Shown here piece after piece: positions 53,651 through 64,000 of a stretch of DNA of 64,000 nucleotides. Position 1 is the first letter of the stretch. Every line of letters begins with the position of its first letter. Source of the stretch: an uncultured Gemmatimonadales bacterium (GTDB lineage: Bacteria > Gemmatimonadota > Gemmatimonadetes > Gemmatimonadales > GWC2-71-9); NCBI GenBank assembly GCA_963825055.1, contig CAWGSK010000012.1, positions 480,001 through 544,000 on the forward strand. Direction: 5' to 3'. The notes beneath the pieces are model-generated. The model made no database searches. It was not told the origin of the DNA and saw nothing but the letters and a program-made list of their open reading frames with translations. A program made the translations under genes and the position numbers.

Positions 53651-55288
53651 TCACATCCGGTCGGGGGCAGAAAGGCCAAGGAGGGCCAGGCCGTTGGCGA
53701 GCACGATGCGGGTGGCCCGTGCCAGCGCCAGCCGCGCCCGTTCCGTGGCCGGCGGTTCGCCCAGCACGCGGCAGCGGTGATACCAGCCGTGCGCCTGCCG
53801 CGCGAGGTCCTCGAGGTAGCCGGTGATGCGGTGCGGCTCGCGCTCACGCGCGGCGCCGTGGACCGTCTCGGGGAACAGCGTCAGGGTCTTGAGCAGCTCG
53901 ATATCCTCGGGGGCCGTGAGCCCCGCGAGGTCGATCTCGGGCGACACGACTTCCGGTTCCACTTCGGCAACCCGGAAGATGCCGCTCATCCTGGCATGCG
54001 CCATCTGGACGTAGAACACCGGGTTCTCGTCCGTCTGGCTCTTGGCGAGATCCACGTCGAAGACAAGCTGGGAGTCGCCCCGGCGCATCAGGAAGAAGTA
54101 GCGGGCGGCGTCCACGCCCACTTCCTCGAACAGGTCGCGCAGGGTCACGAACTCACCCGAACGTTTCGACATCCGCACTTCCTCACCGCCGCGGACGACC
54201 TTGACCAGCTGGACCAGGGCCACCTCGAAGAAGGTCTCCCCGAAGCCGAGGGCCGTGAGCACTGCCCGCATCCGGGGGATGTAGCCGTGGTGATCGGCGC
54301 CCCAGACATCGATCAGCCGGTCGAAGCCCCGATCGTGCTTGTCGATGTGGTACGCGATATCGGGCGCGAGATAGGTGCAGGTTCCGTCCTGCTTGCGCAG
54401 CACGCGGTCCTTGTCATCCCCAAACTGTTCCGTCCGGAGCCACAGGGCGCCGTCGGCCTCATAGGTAAGGTCACGTCCGGCCAGCTGCGCCAGCGCCTGC
54501 TCCACCTCGCCCTTCCGGTACAGGTCCTGCTCGGAGAACAGGACGTCCATGTGGACGCCGAAGACGCGCAGGTCCTCGTCCTGCTCCTCGCGCATGGCGG
54601 CCAGGCCGAGCGCGCGGCAGCGTGCCAGGCCATCCGGTTCCGGGAGATCCGCGAACGCCGAGCCCTCGTTGGCCAGGATTCGCGCGGCGGTTTCCTCGAG
54701 GTACGCCCCGTGGTAGCCGCCCTCCGGGATGGCGGCATCACGCCCGGCGGCCTGCTGGATCCGGGCCCACAGGCTCTGGGCCAGCCGGTCGATCTGTACC
54801 CCGGCGTCGTTGACGTAGAACTCCCGGGTGACGGCGTGTCCGGTCCACTCGAGCAGGGCGGCAATGGCATCGCCCAGCGCGGCACCCCGGCCGTGCCCGA
54901 CGTGAAGGGGACCAGTCGGGTTCGCACTCACGAACTCGACGTTCACCTTCCGGTCCCGACCGAAGTCGCCTCGCCCGTACCCCGGCCCCGCGGCCACGAT
55001 CTCCCGCAGGTCGGCCAGGAGCTGCTCGGGCGCCAGGCGGAAATTGATGAATCCAGGACCGGCGATCTCGATCCGGTCGATGACGGTATCCGGGAGGTCC
55101 AGGGCCTCGACCACGCGCCCCGCGATTTCCCTGGGCTTCGCCCGGAGCGGGCGGGCGAGGGCCATGGCGAGATTGGTCGACAGGTCACCGTGACCACGGT
55201 CGCGCGGGCGCTCCACCACGAAGTCGACATCGGGCGCGCCGAGGACAGCCGCCACCCGGGCCAGCTCATGCCGGAGGAAATCGCTCAC
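53651..55288 (-). CDS. argS: Arginine-tRNA ligase
   Basis: EFVSANPTGPLHVGHGR, WGADHHGY, MSKRSG, YVQMAHAR. Confidence 0.97.
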   Translation of the reverse strand: MSDFLRHELARVAAVLGAPDVDFVVERPRDRGHGDLSTNLAMALARPLRAKPREIAGRVVEALDLPDTVIDRIEIAGPGFINFRLAPEQLLADLREIVAAGPGYGRGDFGRDRKVNVEFVSANPTGPLHVGHGRGAALGDAIAALLEWTGHAVTREFYVNDAGVQIDRLAQSLWARIQQAAGRDAAIPEGGYHGAYLEETAARILANEGSAFADLPEPDGLARCRALGLAAMREEQDEDLRVFGVHMDVLFSEQDLYRKGEVEQALAQLAGRDLTYEADGALWLRTEQFGDDKDRVLRKQDGTCTYLAPDIAYHIDKHDRGFDRLIDVWGADHHGYIPRMRAVLTALGFGETFFEVALVQLVKVVRGGEEVRMSKRSGEFVTLRDLFEEVGVDAARYFFLMRRGDSQLVFDVDLAKSQTDENPVFYVQMAHARMSGIFRVAEVEPEVVSPEIDLAGLTAPEDIELLKTLTLFPETVHGAAREREPHRITGYLEDLARQAHGWYHRCRVLGEPPATERARLALARATRIVLANGLALLGLSAPDRM

Positions 55289-55599
55289 TCGGGGGCTTTC
55301 TTCGAGGGTTTGCTCGACTCGGCTTTCGTCTCGGCTTTCTTCTCGGGCTTGTCGGACTTGGCGCCCGCATCGGTGCCGCCGGACTTCTCGGACTTGTCCG
55401 CCTTCCGGGGGCCCTTGCCGTCCTTGCCGTAATCCGTGATGTAGAAGCCGCTCCCCTTGAAGACCAGCCCGGCGCCGCCGGAAATCTGGCGCGTCGCCTG
55501 CTTCCCGCACTCGGGGCAGCGGGCCTTCGGGGGGTCGGTCATCTTCTGGAACTTCTCGAAGGTATGACCGGCAGGGCACAGGTATTCGTACGTGGGCAT
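55285..55599 (-). CDS. FmdB family zinc-ribbon protein
   Basis: MPTYEYLC..GH.FE, CPECG, FKGSGFYITDY, K/S/E-rich tail. Confidence 0.9.
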   Translation of the reverse strand: MPTYEYLCPAGHTFEKFQKMTDPPKARCPECGKQATRQISGGAGLVFKGSGFYITDYGKDGKGPRKADKSEKSGGTDAGAKSDKPEKKAETKAESSKPSKKAPE

Positions 55600-55707
55600 G
55601 CCATCCTCAGTCAGGGGCCAGACACAGCCTTTAAGTATAGCGGCCCCGGGGCCGGCTCGGGAGCGTGCCAGCACAGCGCCTTGAGGGGGGGACGGGATCT
55701 CGAAACG

Positions 55708-55737
55708 ACTTGAGGTCCGCGGAAGCGGACCTCAAGT
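55708..55737. terminator. Hairpin downstream of mutase gene, probable terminator
   Basis: Perfect 13-bp stem ACTTGAGGTCCGC-GGAA-GCGGACCTCAAGT. Confidence 0.7.
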
Positions 55738-55765
55738 ATTTTCCCGGCGGCCATCTCGAATCCCA

Positions 55766-57331
55766 TTACTGATAAATGCCCCATTGGGTCCGCAGCGTGT
55801 CACTGATTTCCCCCAGCGTTGCCCGCGCCCGGACGGCCTCTACGATCAGTGGCATGAGGGGGAGGGCCTCCTCGCCGGCAGCGGACGCGATCGCCTCCAG
55901 GGTTCCGCGGACCCTGGATTCATCCCGCGCCTCGCGGGCCGCCCGGACGCGTTCCACCTGCCGGGCCCCGAGCGCGGAGAAATCCGGGAGCTCGATTCTC
56001 CCGGCTGTGGAATCGTCCGTGAACCGGTTGACGCCCACCACGGCCACCTCCCCCGCCTCCTGCGCCTGCTGGAGCGCCCAGGCACTCCGGGCGATCCGCT
56101 CCTGGAAGAAGCCCTGCTCGATGGCCCGCGCCGCGCCGCCGAGGGCGTCCACCTCCGCAATGAGCTCCCGCGCTGCGCGTTCGATGTCGTCGGTGAGCCG
56201 CTCGACGTACCAGCTGCCCGCCAGCGGGTCTACCGTGCGGTCCATGCCGCTTTCGTGGGCCAGGATCTGCTGGGTCCTCAATGCGAGTGTGGCGGACTCT
56301 TCGGTGGGCAGGGCAAGCGCCTCGTCGTAGCCGTTGGTATGGAGCGACTGGGTGCCGCCGAGCACCGCGGCCAGGGCCTGGACAGTTACCCGGACCACGT
56401 TGTTGAGCGGCTGCTGGGCCTGGAGGGTCACCCCGCCCGTCTGGGTGTGGAACCGGAGCCTCGCCGTGCGATCGTCTCCACCGAAGCGCTCCCGGACGAT
56501 CCTGGCCCACAGCCGCCGCGCGGCCCGGAACTTCGCCGCTTCCTCGAAGAGGTCGTTGTGGGCGGCGAAGAAGAACGAGAGTTGCGGCCCGAAACTGTCC
56601 ACCGGGAGTCCGGCGGCAGTGGCCCGGGTCACGTACTCGATGGCGTTGGAGAGGGTGAACGCCACTTCCTGGACCGCGGTTGCACCCGCCTCGCGCATGT
56701 GGTAACCGCTGATGGAAATGGGATTGAACTTCATCCCTTCATCGGCGATGAAGCGGAAGATGTCCGTAACCAGCCTGAGCGAAGGCTCGGCGGGATAGAT
56801 GTACGTCCCGCGCGCGATGTACTCCTTGAGCACGTCGTTCTGCACGGTTCCCGTCAGTTTGTCCCGCGCAATCCCGCGCTCCTCCCCCACGACGATGTAC
56901 ATCGCCAGCAGGATGGCTGCCGTGGCGTTGATGGTCATGGAGGTGGAGACCTGGTCGAGCGGAATGTCCCGGAAGAGAACGGCCAGGTCGTCCACCGTGT
57001 CGATCGCCACGCCCACCCGGCCCACCTCGCCCCGGGCCATCGGGTGGTCCGAGTCGTACCCCATCTGGGTCGGCAGGTCGAACGCGGTGGAGAGGCCCGA
57101 CTGGCCGGCTTCCAGCAGGTGGCGGAACCGGTCGTTGGTCTCCTGGGCGGTGCCGAAGCCGGCATACTGGCGCATGGTCCAGAGCCGGTCGGTGTACATC
57201 GAGGGGTAGATCCCGCGCGTGTAGGGCCATGCGCCGGGCTCGCCCAGGTCGCGGGCGGGATCGCCGTTCCAGTCGGCCGGGCCGTATACGCGCTGCACCG
57301 GCAGCACCGCGGGGGAAGGCGCGCGGCTCAC
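55766..57331 (-). CDS. Methylmalonyl-CoA mutase, substrate-binding (large) subunit without B12-binding domain
   Basis: [10 protein letters not shown] (Tyr, MCM-type), [36 protein letters not shown]; no DxHxxG domain. Confidence 0.9.
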   Translation of the reverse strand: MSRAPSPAVLPVQRVYGPADWNGDPARDLGEPGAWPYTRGIYPSMYTDRLWTMRQYAGFGTAQETNDRFRHLLEAGQSGLSTAFDLPTQMGYDSDHPMARGEVGRVGVAIDTVDDLAVLFRDIPLDQVSTSMTINATAAILLAMYIVVGEERGIARDKLTGTVQNDVLKEYIARGTYIYPAEPSLRLVTDIFRFIADEGMKFNPISISGYHMREAGATAVQEVAFTLSNAIEYVTRATAAGLPVDSFGPQLSFFFAAHNDLFEEAAKFRAARRLWARIVRERFGGDDRTARLRFHTQTGGVTLQAQQPLNNVVRVTVQALAAVLGGTQSLHTNGYDEALALPTEESATLALRTQQILAHESGMDRTVDPLAGSWYVERLTDDIERAARELIAEVDALGGAARAIEQGFFQERIARSAWALQQAQEAGEVAVVGVNRFTDDSTAGRIELPDFSALGARQVERVRAAREARDESRVRGTLEAIASAAGEEALPLMPLIVEAVRARATLGEISDTLRTQWGIYQ

Positions 57332-58347
57332 GCGGTGGTCTCCTCCAGCGTGCGACGCACATAGGCCACGTCGTCGCGGCAGCCAATGACGAGCGGTGTG
57401 CGCTGGTGCAACCCCTCCGGCCGGATATCCAGGATGCGCCGCCGCCCGTCGGTCGCGGCCCCGCCGGCCTGCTCGGCCAGGAACGCCAGCGGCGCGGCCT
57501 CGTACAGGAGACGGAGCTTGCCATTCGTGTTGCGGGTATCCGCGGGGTACATGAAGATCCCGCCAGCAACCATGTTGCGGTGAAAATCGGCGACCAGCGC
57601 GCCGATGTAGCGGCTGTTCTTCCCCTTGATCACGTCGGGCCGGTCGCCGTGGAAGCCCCGGACCGCCTGCTGCACGCCACGATCCCAGCGGGCAAAATTG
57701 CTCTCGTTGACGCTGTAGTACCTGCCGCAGGCGGGCATGCTGATCCGGGGATGCGAGAGCAGGAACTCGCCAATGGACGGGTCGAGCGTGAAGCCATGCA
57801 CCCCCTGCCCCGTGGTATACACCATCATGGTGCTCGAGCCGTACATCACGTACCCCGCCGCCACCTGCGCACTCCCCGGCTGGAGCAGGTCCTCCAGGCT
57901 TCCCCTGCCTTCGAGCGACACGCGACGGTAGATGCTGAAGATGGTACCGACAGAGGAGTTCACGTCGATGTTGGACGAGCCGTCAAGCGGATCGAACAGG
58001 ACCGTGTACTTGCCCACCGGGAACTCCGGGGGGATCCGGATCGGCTCCTCGTCCTCCTCGGACGCCATGACGCAGACCCGCCCCGTGTGGGTCAGCGAGT
58101 CCTTGATGGTCTCGTTGGCAAAGATATCCAGCTTCTGCTGTTCCTCCCCCTGCACGTTCTCGGTGCCGGCACTGCCCAGAATGTTGACCAGGCCGGCCCG
58201 GCGGATCGCCGCCGCGATCACCTTGGACGCGAATGCGAAGTCATAGAGCAACTCGGACAGCTCGCCGGTCGCCTCGGGATACTGGCGCTCCTGGTTGACG
58301 ATGAAGCGCTCGATGGTCATGCGGTGGTTGATGAGTTCGGACGACAC
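57328..58347 (-). CDS. fbp: Fructose-1,6-bisphosphatase class 1
   Basis: [33 protein letters not shown]. Confidence 0.96.
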   Translation of the reverse strand: MSSELINHRMTIERFIVNQERQYPEATGELSELLYDFAFASKVIAAAIRRAGLVNILGSAGTENVQGEEQQKLDIFANETIKDSLTHTGRVCVMASEEDEEPIRIPPEFPVGKYTVLFDPLDGSSNIDVNSSVGTIFSIYRRVSLEGRGSLEDLLQPGSAQVAAGYVMYGSSTMMVYTTGQGVHGFTLDPSIGEFLLSHPRISMPACGRYYSVNESNFARWDRGVQQAVRGFHGDRPDVIKGKNSRYIGALVADFHRNMVAGGIFMYPADTRNTNGKLRLLYEAAPLAFLAEQAGGAATDGRRRILDIRPEGLHQRTPLVIGCRDDVAYVRRTLEETTA

Positions 58348-58359
58348 GCCTCGCTCCGT

Positions 58360-60600
58360 TCAGAAGTGGGTCTGCCGCCCTCCCCGGCCGGAGGCGGCCG
58401 GAAAGGACATAGTGCCGCTGTCTCCCTCGATGGTGACCATGCTGCCGTCGGTCCGCACCACCACGGGCGCCCGCCGGGTGGTCCACGTCCGCACCTCATG
58501 CCGCGCCAGCCGGGCGACGGTGGCGGCCGCGGGGTGGCCGTACCGGTTCCGGCCGAAGCTCAGGATCGCCGCCGTGGGTCGTAACTCATCCAGCCAGGCG
58601 TCCCCCGTACTGCCGGCCGAACCGTGATGGCCGGCCTTCAGGATATCCACGTGGCCGATCCGGCCGGCCAGGGTCGATTCGGCAGGGAATCCCGCGTCGC
58701 CCGCCAGCAACGCTTCAAAGTTCCGCCAGGTCAGGCGGAGGACGAGGGAATCCTCGTTCAGGTCCTCGCCCCACTCCGCCCACAGGGTATCCGGATGAAG
58801 CACCTCGAACGACACGCCGTCCACGGCAAAGGCAAGACCGGCTCTGGCCACGCGCCACGGAACCCCGGCGCGGTCCACGAAATCAAGCAGGCTCCGATAG
58901 GCGCTGTCCGGAGTCTGGTCACCCGGATCGAGCATGAGGCCCACCGGAACGCCCGACAGGACCGCCGGCAGTCCCCCGAAATGGTCGGCGTGCGCGTGGG
59001 ACAGTATGACGGCCGAGAGCCGACGCACGCCCAGTCGCCGGAGAACCGGGACCAGCGGCGGGCCGGCGGGAGGTGGCGGGCCGGCATCGACCAGCACCCA
59101 GTGGTGTCCCGGCGTACGGATGAGGGTCGCGTCCCCTTGCCCGACCCGGAGAAAATGTAACGCCAGCGGCGCCGCATCGTGAGCGTGCCGCACGGCGCCG
59201 ATCACGCCGAGCCAGGCCAGGGCGCTGAGGCCAGCCGCGACACGACGGAGGGCGAGGCCGGGGGGATGTTTGCGCCCGGTGGCCCAGACGGCGGTCAGGA
59301 GCAGTCCGGCCCAGGGGAGAGCCGGCAGGAGGCCCGGTTCGACGCGCAGGTGCCCGGCGGGGATCCGTGCGCCCAGGGCAGCCACGGCGTCCAGTGCTTC
59401 CAGCACGAGCCCCGCCGCGGTCGCCAGCCCGTCCGCCAGCGGTGGAAGCGCCAGGGACAGCACGAGGCTTCCGAAGAGCGCGGGGACGGCGAGAGCTGCC
59501 AGCGGGATCGCCACGAGGTTGACGAAGACACCGACCGGCGCCACGGCCCCGAGGGCCCAGGCCGTAATCGGCGCCGTGGCCAGGGTCGCCCCGGCCGACG
59601 CCGCCAGGGTCCGCCCAGCGGTCCGGGCCCCGCAGGCGTGCCCGGCCCAGCGCGAGAATCGGACTGTGCCCCAGACAGCGCCGATGGACAGCATCGCGCC
59701 GAGCGTCGTGGCTGAACGCGGGGCGATGGTGAAAAGGATGAGCCAGGCTACGGAGAGCATCGCCGCCGGCTCGACCCGGCGCTGCCGGTAGCGGCACCAG
59801 GCGAGGAGCCCCAGGAGTGCGGCTGCGCGCGTGGCGGGGGCCGGCCATCCGATGAAGGCGACGTATCCCACGGCGCCCATCACGGCCCCGATGGTGGCGC
59901 GCCCGGGATCCAGCCGGCAGAGGCGCAGTAGCAGGAAGCACCAGCCCGCGATGATACCCACGTGGAACCCGGAGATGCAGAGGAGGTGCACGATACCCGC
60001 AGCCGCCCAGCGGTCGCGGGTATCGCGGTCCAGGTCGGCGCGGCGGTTCAGGACGATCGCATCCACCAGCCCCGCGCGGCTGCCGTAGAGCTCCTTCGTC
60101 GCGCGGGCCAGCCGGGTCCGGAGGCGCGAAACGATCCCTGGAGCCCCGGGCCGGCGTTCTGCCCGGCCGGCGAGCAGCACGCCGTCTCGACTGGACGCGG
60201 ACGGAGGCACCCACCGGCCGGTCACGCGCCACACGGTACCGGCCGCCGCGTCATCCTTCACCCATCGCGCGGTGATGGCACCGTGACAACCGGACGAGCG
60301 GGGACGGAATGCCACGCTGCCACCGCCGTCCGCCGGGCCTTCGAGTTTCCCTGCGAGCGTGACCTCTCCTGCCGGGAGCACGTTCCGGCAGTGGGTCGCG
60401 TCGCGGGCCGATACGAAACCGGCGGCAACCCGCCCGGCGAGGGCCGCGGCGGGCACCAGCATGGCAGGGCGGCCCCGGAGGAGTGCCGTCGCGGCAACAA
60501 GCAGGAACGGGACCATCCGTGCGTCGCCGACATGCGAAAGGCCGGTCGCGAGACCGGCCCAGTATGCCATCAGCGTGGGAATCACGGGCCGGGGGCGCAT
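58360..60600 (-). CDS. comEC: ComEC/Rec2 DNA-uptake competence protein
   Basis: GIVHLLCISGFHV, TM region, VGQGD, SHAHADHFGG, GHHGS, NRYGHP. Confidence 0.92.
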   Translation of the reverse strand: MRPRPVIPTLMAYWAGLATGLSHVGDARMVPFLLVAATALLRGRPAMLVPAAALAGRVAAGFVSARDATHCRNVLPAGEVTLAGKLEGPADGGGSVAFRPRSSGCHGAITARWVKDDAAAGTVWRVTGRWVPPSASSRDGVLLAGRAERRPGAPGIVSRLRTRLARATKELYGSRAGLVDAIVLNRRADLDRDTRDRWAAAGIVHLLCISGFHVGIIAGWCFLLLRLCRLDPGRATIGAVMGAVGYVAFIGWPAPATRAAALLGLLAWCRYRQRRVEPAAMLSVAWLILFTIAPRSATTLGAMLSIGAVWGTVRFSRWAGHACGARTAGRTLAASAGATLATAPITAWALGAVAPVGVFVNLVAIPLAALAVPALFGSLVLSLALPPLADGLATAAGLVLEALDAVAALGARIPAGHLRVEPGLLPALPWAGLLLTAVWATGRKHPPGLALRRVAAGLSALAWLGVIGAVRHAHDAAPLALHFLRVGQGDATLIRTPGHHWVLVDAGPPPPAGPPLVPVLRRLGVRRLSAVILSHAHADHFGGLPAVLSGVPVGLMLDPGDQTPDSAYRSLLDFVDRAGVPWRVARAGLAFAVDGVSFEVLHPDTLWAEWGEDLNEDSLVLRLTWRNFEALLAGDAGFPAESTLAGRIGHVDILKAGHHGSAGSTGDAWLDELRPTAAILSFGRNRYGHPAAATVARLARHEVRTWTTRRAPVVVRTDGSMVTIEGDSGTMSFPAASGRGGRQTHF

Positions 60601-60625
60601 CAGGGCGCCACCGGCCGAGGCAGGA

Positions 60626-60909
60626 TCAGGCGGGCGCCCCCCTGCCCTGCCGGCCGCAGCGGGGAGAGAGGGAGACCTTCCGCATCGCCTCCATCACGGT
60701 AACCTCGATGTTGGTGCGTGACTGGTCGCCATCGAGGTTGAGCTCGGTCAGCACCTGGCCCTCGCGGCTCGCGACGTAGCGCGCGGGCACCCGGTTGAGC
60801 GCATAGACCAGCACGTCCGCCCGGCAGATCTCGCACCCGCAGAATTCCGGAAAGTGCGATTGCATCTGGTTGTAGGCCGCAATGATGTGCTCTTCCACCA
60901 GGTTCCGGA

Positions 60910-60913
<4 letters not shown>
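60626..60913 (-). CDS. ComFB family protein
   Basis: RNLVEE, CGCEICRADV..YALNRVPARY, C-terminal PR. Confidence 0.85.
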
Positions 60914-62220
<1,307 letters not shown>

Positions 62221-62244
62221 GGGAGGAAGATAAGGCGGCGGTGA

Positions 62245-63399
62245 CTACTGGGACAGCGACGGCCGCAGCGTGACGCCCAGGACAAGCAGCCAGGCGGACT
62301 CGGTGTGGCCACCGTCCGCGCGGCGCCAGGCCCGCTCCAGGGCGAGGTCCATGCCCCCGCGCTCGGCGGCGAAACGGAACCCGGTCCCGATGCTGGCACT
62401 GACCTCGTGCGGCTGGTTGCCGGGCGTCAGGGGAAACGGCAGCTGGGCATACCGGATGCCGACCCGGACCGGCCGCCGGGTCGGGCGGCGGGGATCGGGG
62501 AGGTACTCGGCGCCGGCCGACAGCTCCAGCGTGTTCTTCGAGCCGAGGCCGCCCGCCACGATCAGGTCGCTGTTGGCCCCGGACCACGTGCGGTAGGTCC
62601 CCTGCCCGGCCAGCGTGAGCGACGGGGACATCCGGTAGTACAGGCCGGCCGCCAGGGTGTATGGCAGGTCAACGGAATAGGCCCGGGTGGAGTCCCGGTC
62701 GACGTTGGCCTTCACGTCGCTCCGGGCGAGCAGGGCCACGCTCAGGTTGTTGCGCACGAAGCCCTGCACGCCCACGGAAACCCCATACCCCGCGTAGCTC
62801 AGCTCGGCGCGCTCGGAACTCGTGGCAAACGCGGAGTCCTCGAACGCGCGGCGGACGTGGAGCCGGTTGCTGCCGGTGATGACGTGGATGCCGGCGCCGA
62901 TAGTCCAGCGCGGGCTCAGGGTGTAGCTGCCCGCGGCGCGGATCTCGTTGAGTCCGCCAAGCGAGAAGAAGCTGTCGGAGACCGCGGTCGGTACCCCGCG
63001 GATGTCGATGGTGTCCTGCGAGACCAGGGTGTAGTCCCGGTCGGCGTAACTGCCGAAGCTGAGCCCGAGGTTCACCCGACCGCCGGGAATCGGCCCGCCC
63101 ACCAGGAGGAGCGGGAACTGCGTGTCGCGGAGCCCGTCATGGCCGGCCGGGGTGGTGACGCTCCGCCATTCCGGGACCACCACGAAGTTGGCCGTCAGGG
63201 TGCGAAGGTTGCCCAGTGAAGCCGGGTTCTGGCTGGATTCACCGTCGAACAGCCCGGTGGCGCCGGACAGGCCCCACGCGTGGGCCGAGATGTTCCGGCC
63301 GGGGAACCCGAGCCCGCGGACGCCGAAGACGCTGGCCTGGGCGGCGAGGGCGGCAGGCAGCAGGACAAGGAGGAGCAGGGCGAGGGATGCGCGTCGCAC
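62245..63399 (-). CDS. Outer-membrane beta-barrel protein (FadL/porin-like)
   Basis: Signal peptide, S.FG..GLG N-terminus, NPASL, beta-strand pattern. Confidence 0.7.
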   Translation of the reverse strand: MRRASLALLLLVLLPAALAAQASVFGVRGLGFPGRNISAHAWGLSGATGLFDGESSQNPASLGNLRTLTANFVVVPEWRSVTTPAGHDGLRDTQFPLLLVGGPIPGGRVNLGLSFGSYADRDYTLVSQDTIDIRGVPTAVSDSFFSLGGLNEIRAAGSYTLSPRWTIGAGIHVITGSNRLHVRRAFEDSAFATSSERAELSYAGYGVSVGVQGFVRNNLSVALLARSDVKANVDRDSTRAYSVDLPYTLAAGLYYRMSPSLTLAGQGTYRTWSGANSDLIVAGGLGSKNTLELSAGAEYLPDPRRPTRRPVRVGIRYAQLPFPLTPGNQPHEVSASIGTGFRFAAERGGMDLALERAWRRADGGHTESAWLLVLGVTLRPSLSQ

Positions 63400-64000
63400 C
63401 TAGGGCCTCTCGAACGGGAAGTCGACCAGGTAACTGATCCGCAGCCGGGGGGCGGGTCCACCGGAGCGGGTGGATTCGAACACGGGTCGCATGAAGCTGG
63501 AGGCGACCGGGGTCACCTGCAGCATGAGCGCCTGCGGCAGGCTGTCGCCCGACTGCCAGAGTTGCACCACCGGCAGGATCTCCACCTTGACGGTATCCAT
63601 GCTGCCCTGTTCCAGGATCGTGCGACCGAGGCGTCCCGTGCTGATCAGGAGGGGTGACTTGGCCCCCAGATCGAGCAGGACGTTCCGGACTTCCAGCGCG
63701 GTCGAGTCCCCGGGCAGGCCCAGGAGCGGCGAGGCCGGGACGAGTTCGAGCGTGGCCCGCAACAGCGACGCGGAGTCCCGCAGAAACGGGGGTAGCGTGA
63801 AGCGGATGATCGAACGGGCGGTGGGCGCCCCCCCGACCGCCAGGAGGTCCGGGTCGAGCGCCGGCGGATTCCGGCTGACGAAACTGGTGAACTGCGGCCC
63901 GCGCACGATCAGCTGCTTCTGGAGACCCGTGTCGGCAATGGCAGCGTCCACGTAGCTGATGACAACGGGCGAGGTCCCGCTGGCGATGCTCCCGATGCGG
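63400..64000 (-). CDS. Hypothetical protein, 3' part (frame open to window end)
   Basis: Frame of ORF 63400..63951 stays open to 64000; ends PRLRISY; abuts next gene. Confidence 0.65.
   Translation of the reverse strand, partial: RIGSIASGTSPVVISYVDAAIADTGLQKQLIVRGPQFTSFVSRNPPALDPDLLAVGGAPTARSIIRFTLPPFLRDSASLLRATLELVPASPLLGLPGDSTALEVRNVLLDLGAKSPLLISTGRLGRTILEQGSMDTVKVEILPVVQLWQSGDSLPQALMLQVTPVASSFMRPVFESTRSGGPAPRLRISYLVDFPFERP

Noticed and set aside
55766..57331. Truncated mutase pseudogene, or isobutyryl-CoA mutase
   Set aside because: Split large/small-subunit mutases are well known; RQYAGF has the MCM-type Tyr

Overview
GC-rich bacterial chromosomal segment, most genes on the minus strand. 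Gene content (Ser/Thr kinase-TPR protein, Man-type PTS cluster with HPrK, futalosine pathway, glycine-zipper secreted proteins) suggests Gemmatimonadota; this is an inference, not a database result. Core genes: dedA-like, ispF, mqnC/A/E, tRNA-Ser(CGA), tadA, clpB (frameshifted in a G6 run), selB, recO, ahcY, metK, PTS/HPr/HPrK/hpf, nusB, rib genes, purM, argS, methylmalonyl-CoA mutase, fbp, comEC, comFB-like, miaB. There is also a cobalamin-riboswitch-controlled btuFCD-btuB-lipoprotein operon. An accessory-looking stretch (about 4-23 kb) holds a cNOR operon (di-haem NorC, NorB, NorQ, NorD, plus an unannotated 46-aa gene) and a metal-uptake operon. Best finding: the metal operon (outer-membrane barrel, ZnuA-like, ZnuB-like, no ATPase) is preceded by a secreted His/Cys leader ORF ending in RAPP. 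Its last codons can base-pair over 12 nt with the downstream Shine-Dalgarno, which is the architecture of a metal-sensing ribosome-arrest switch. Also notable: repeated leaderless-type promoters, probable CTG and ACG start codons, and an AT-rich patch with a promoter-like motif inside purM. No CRISPR array, integrase or transposase was seen.
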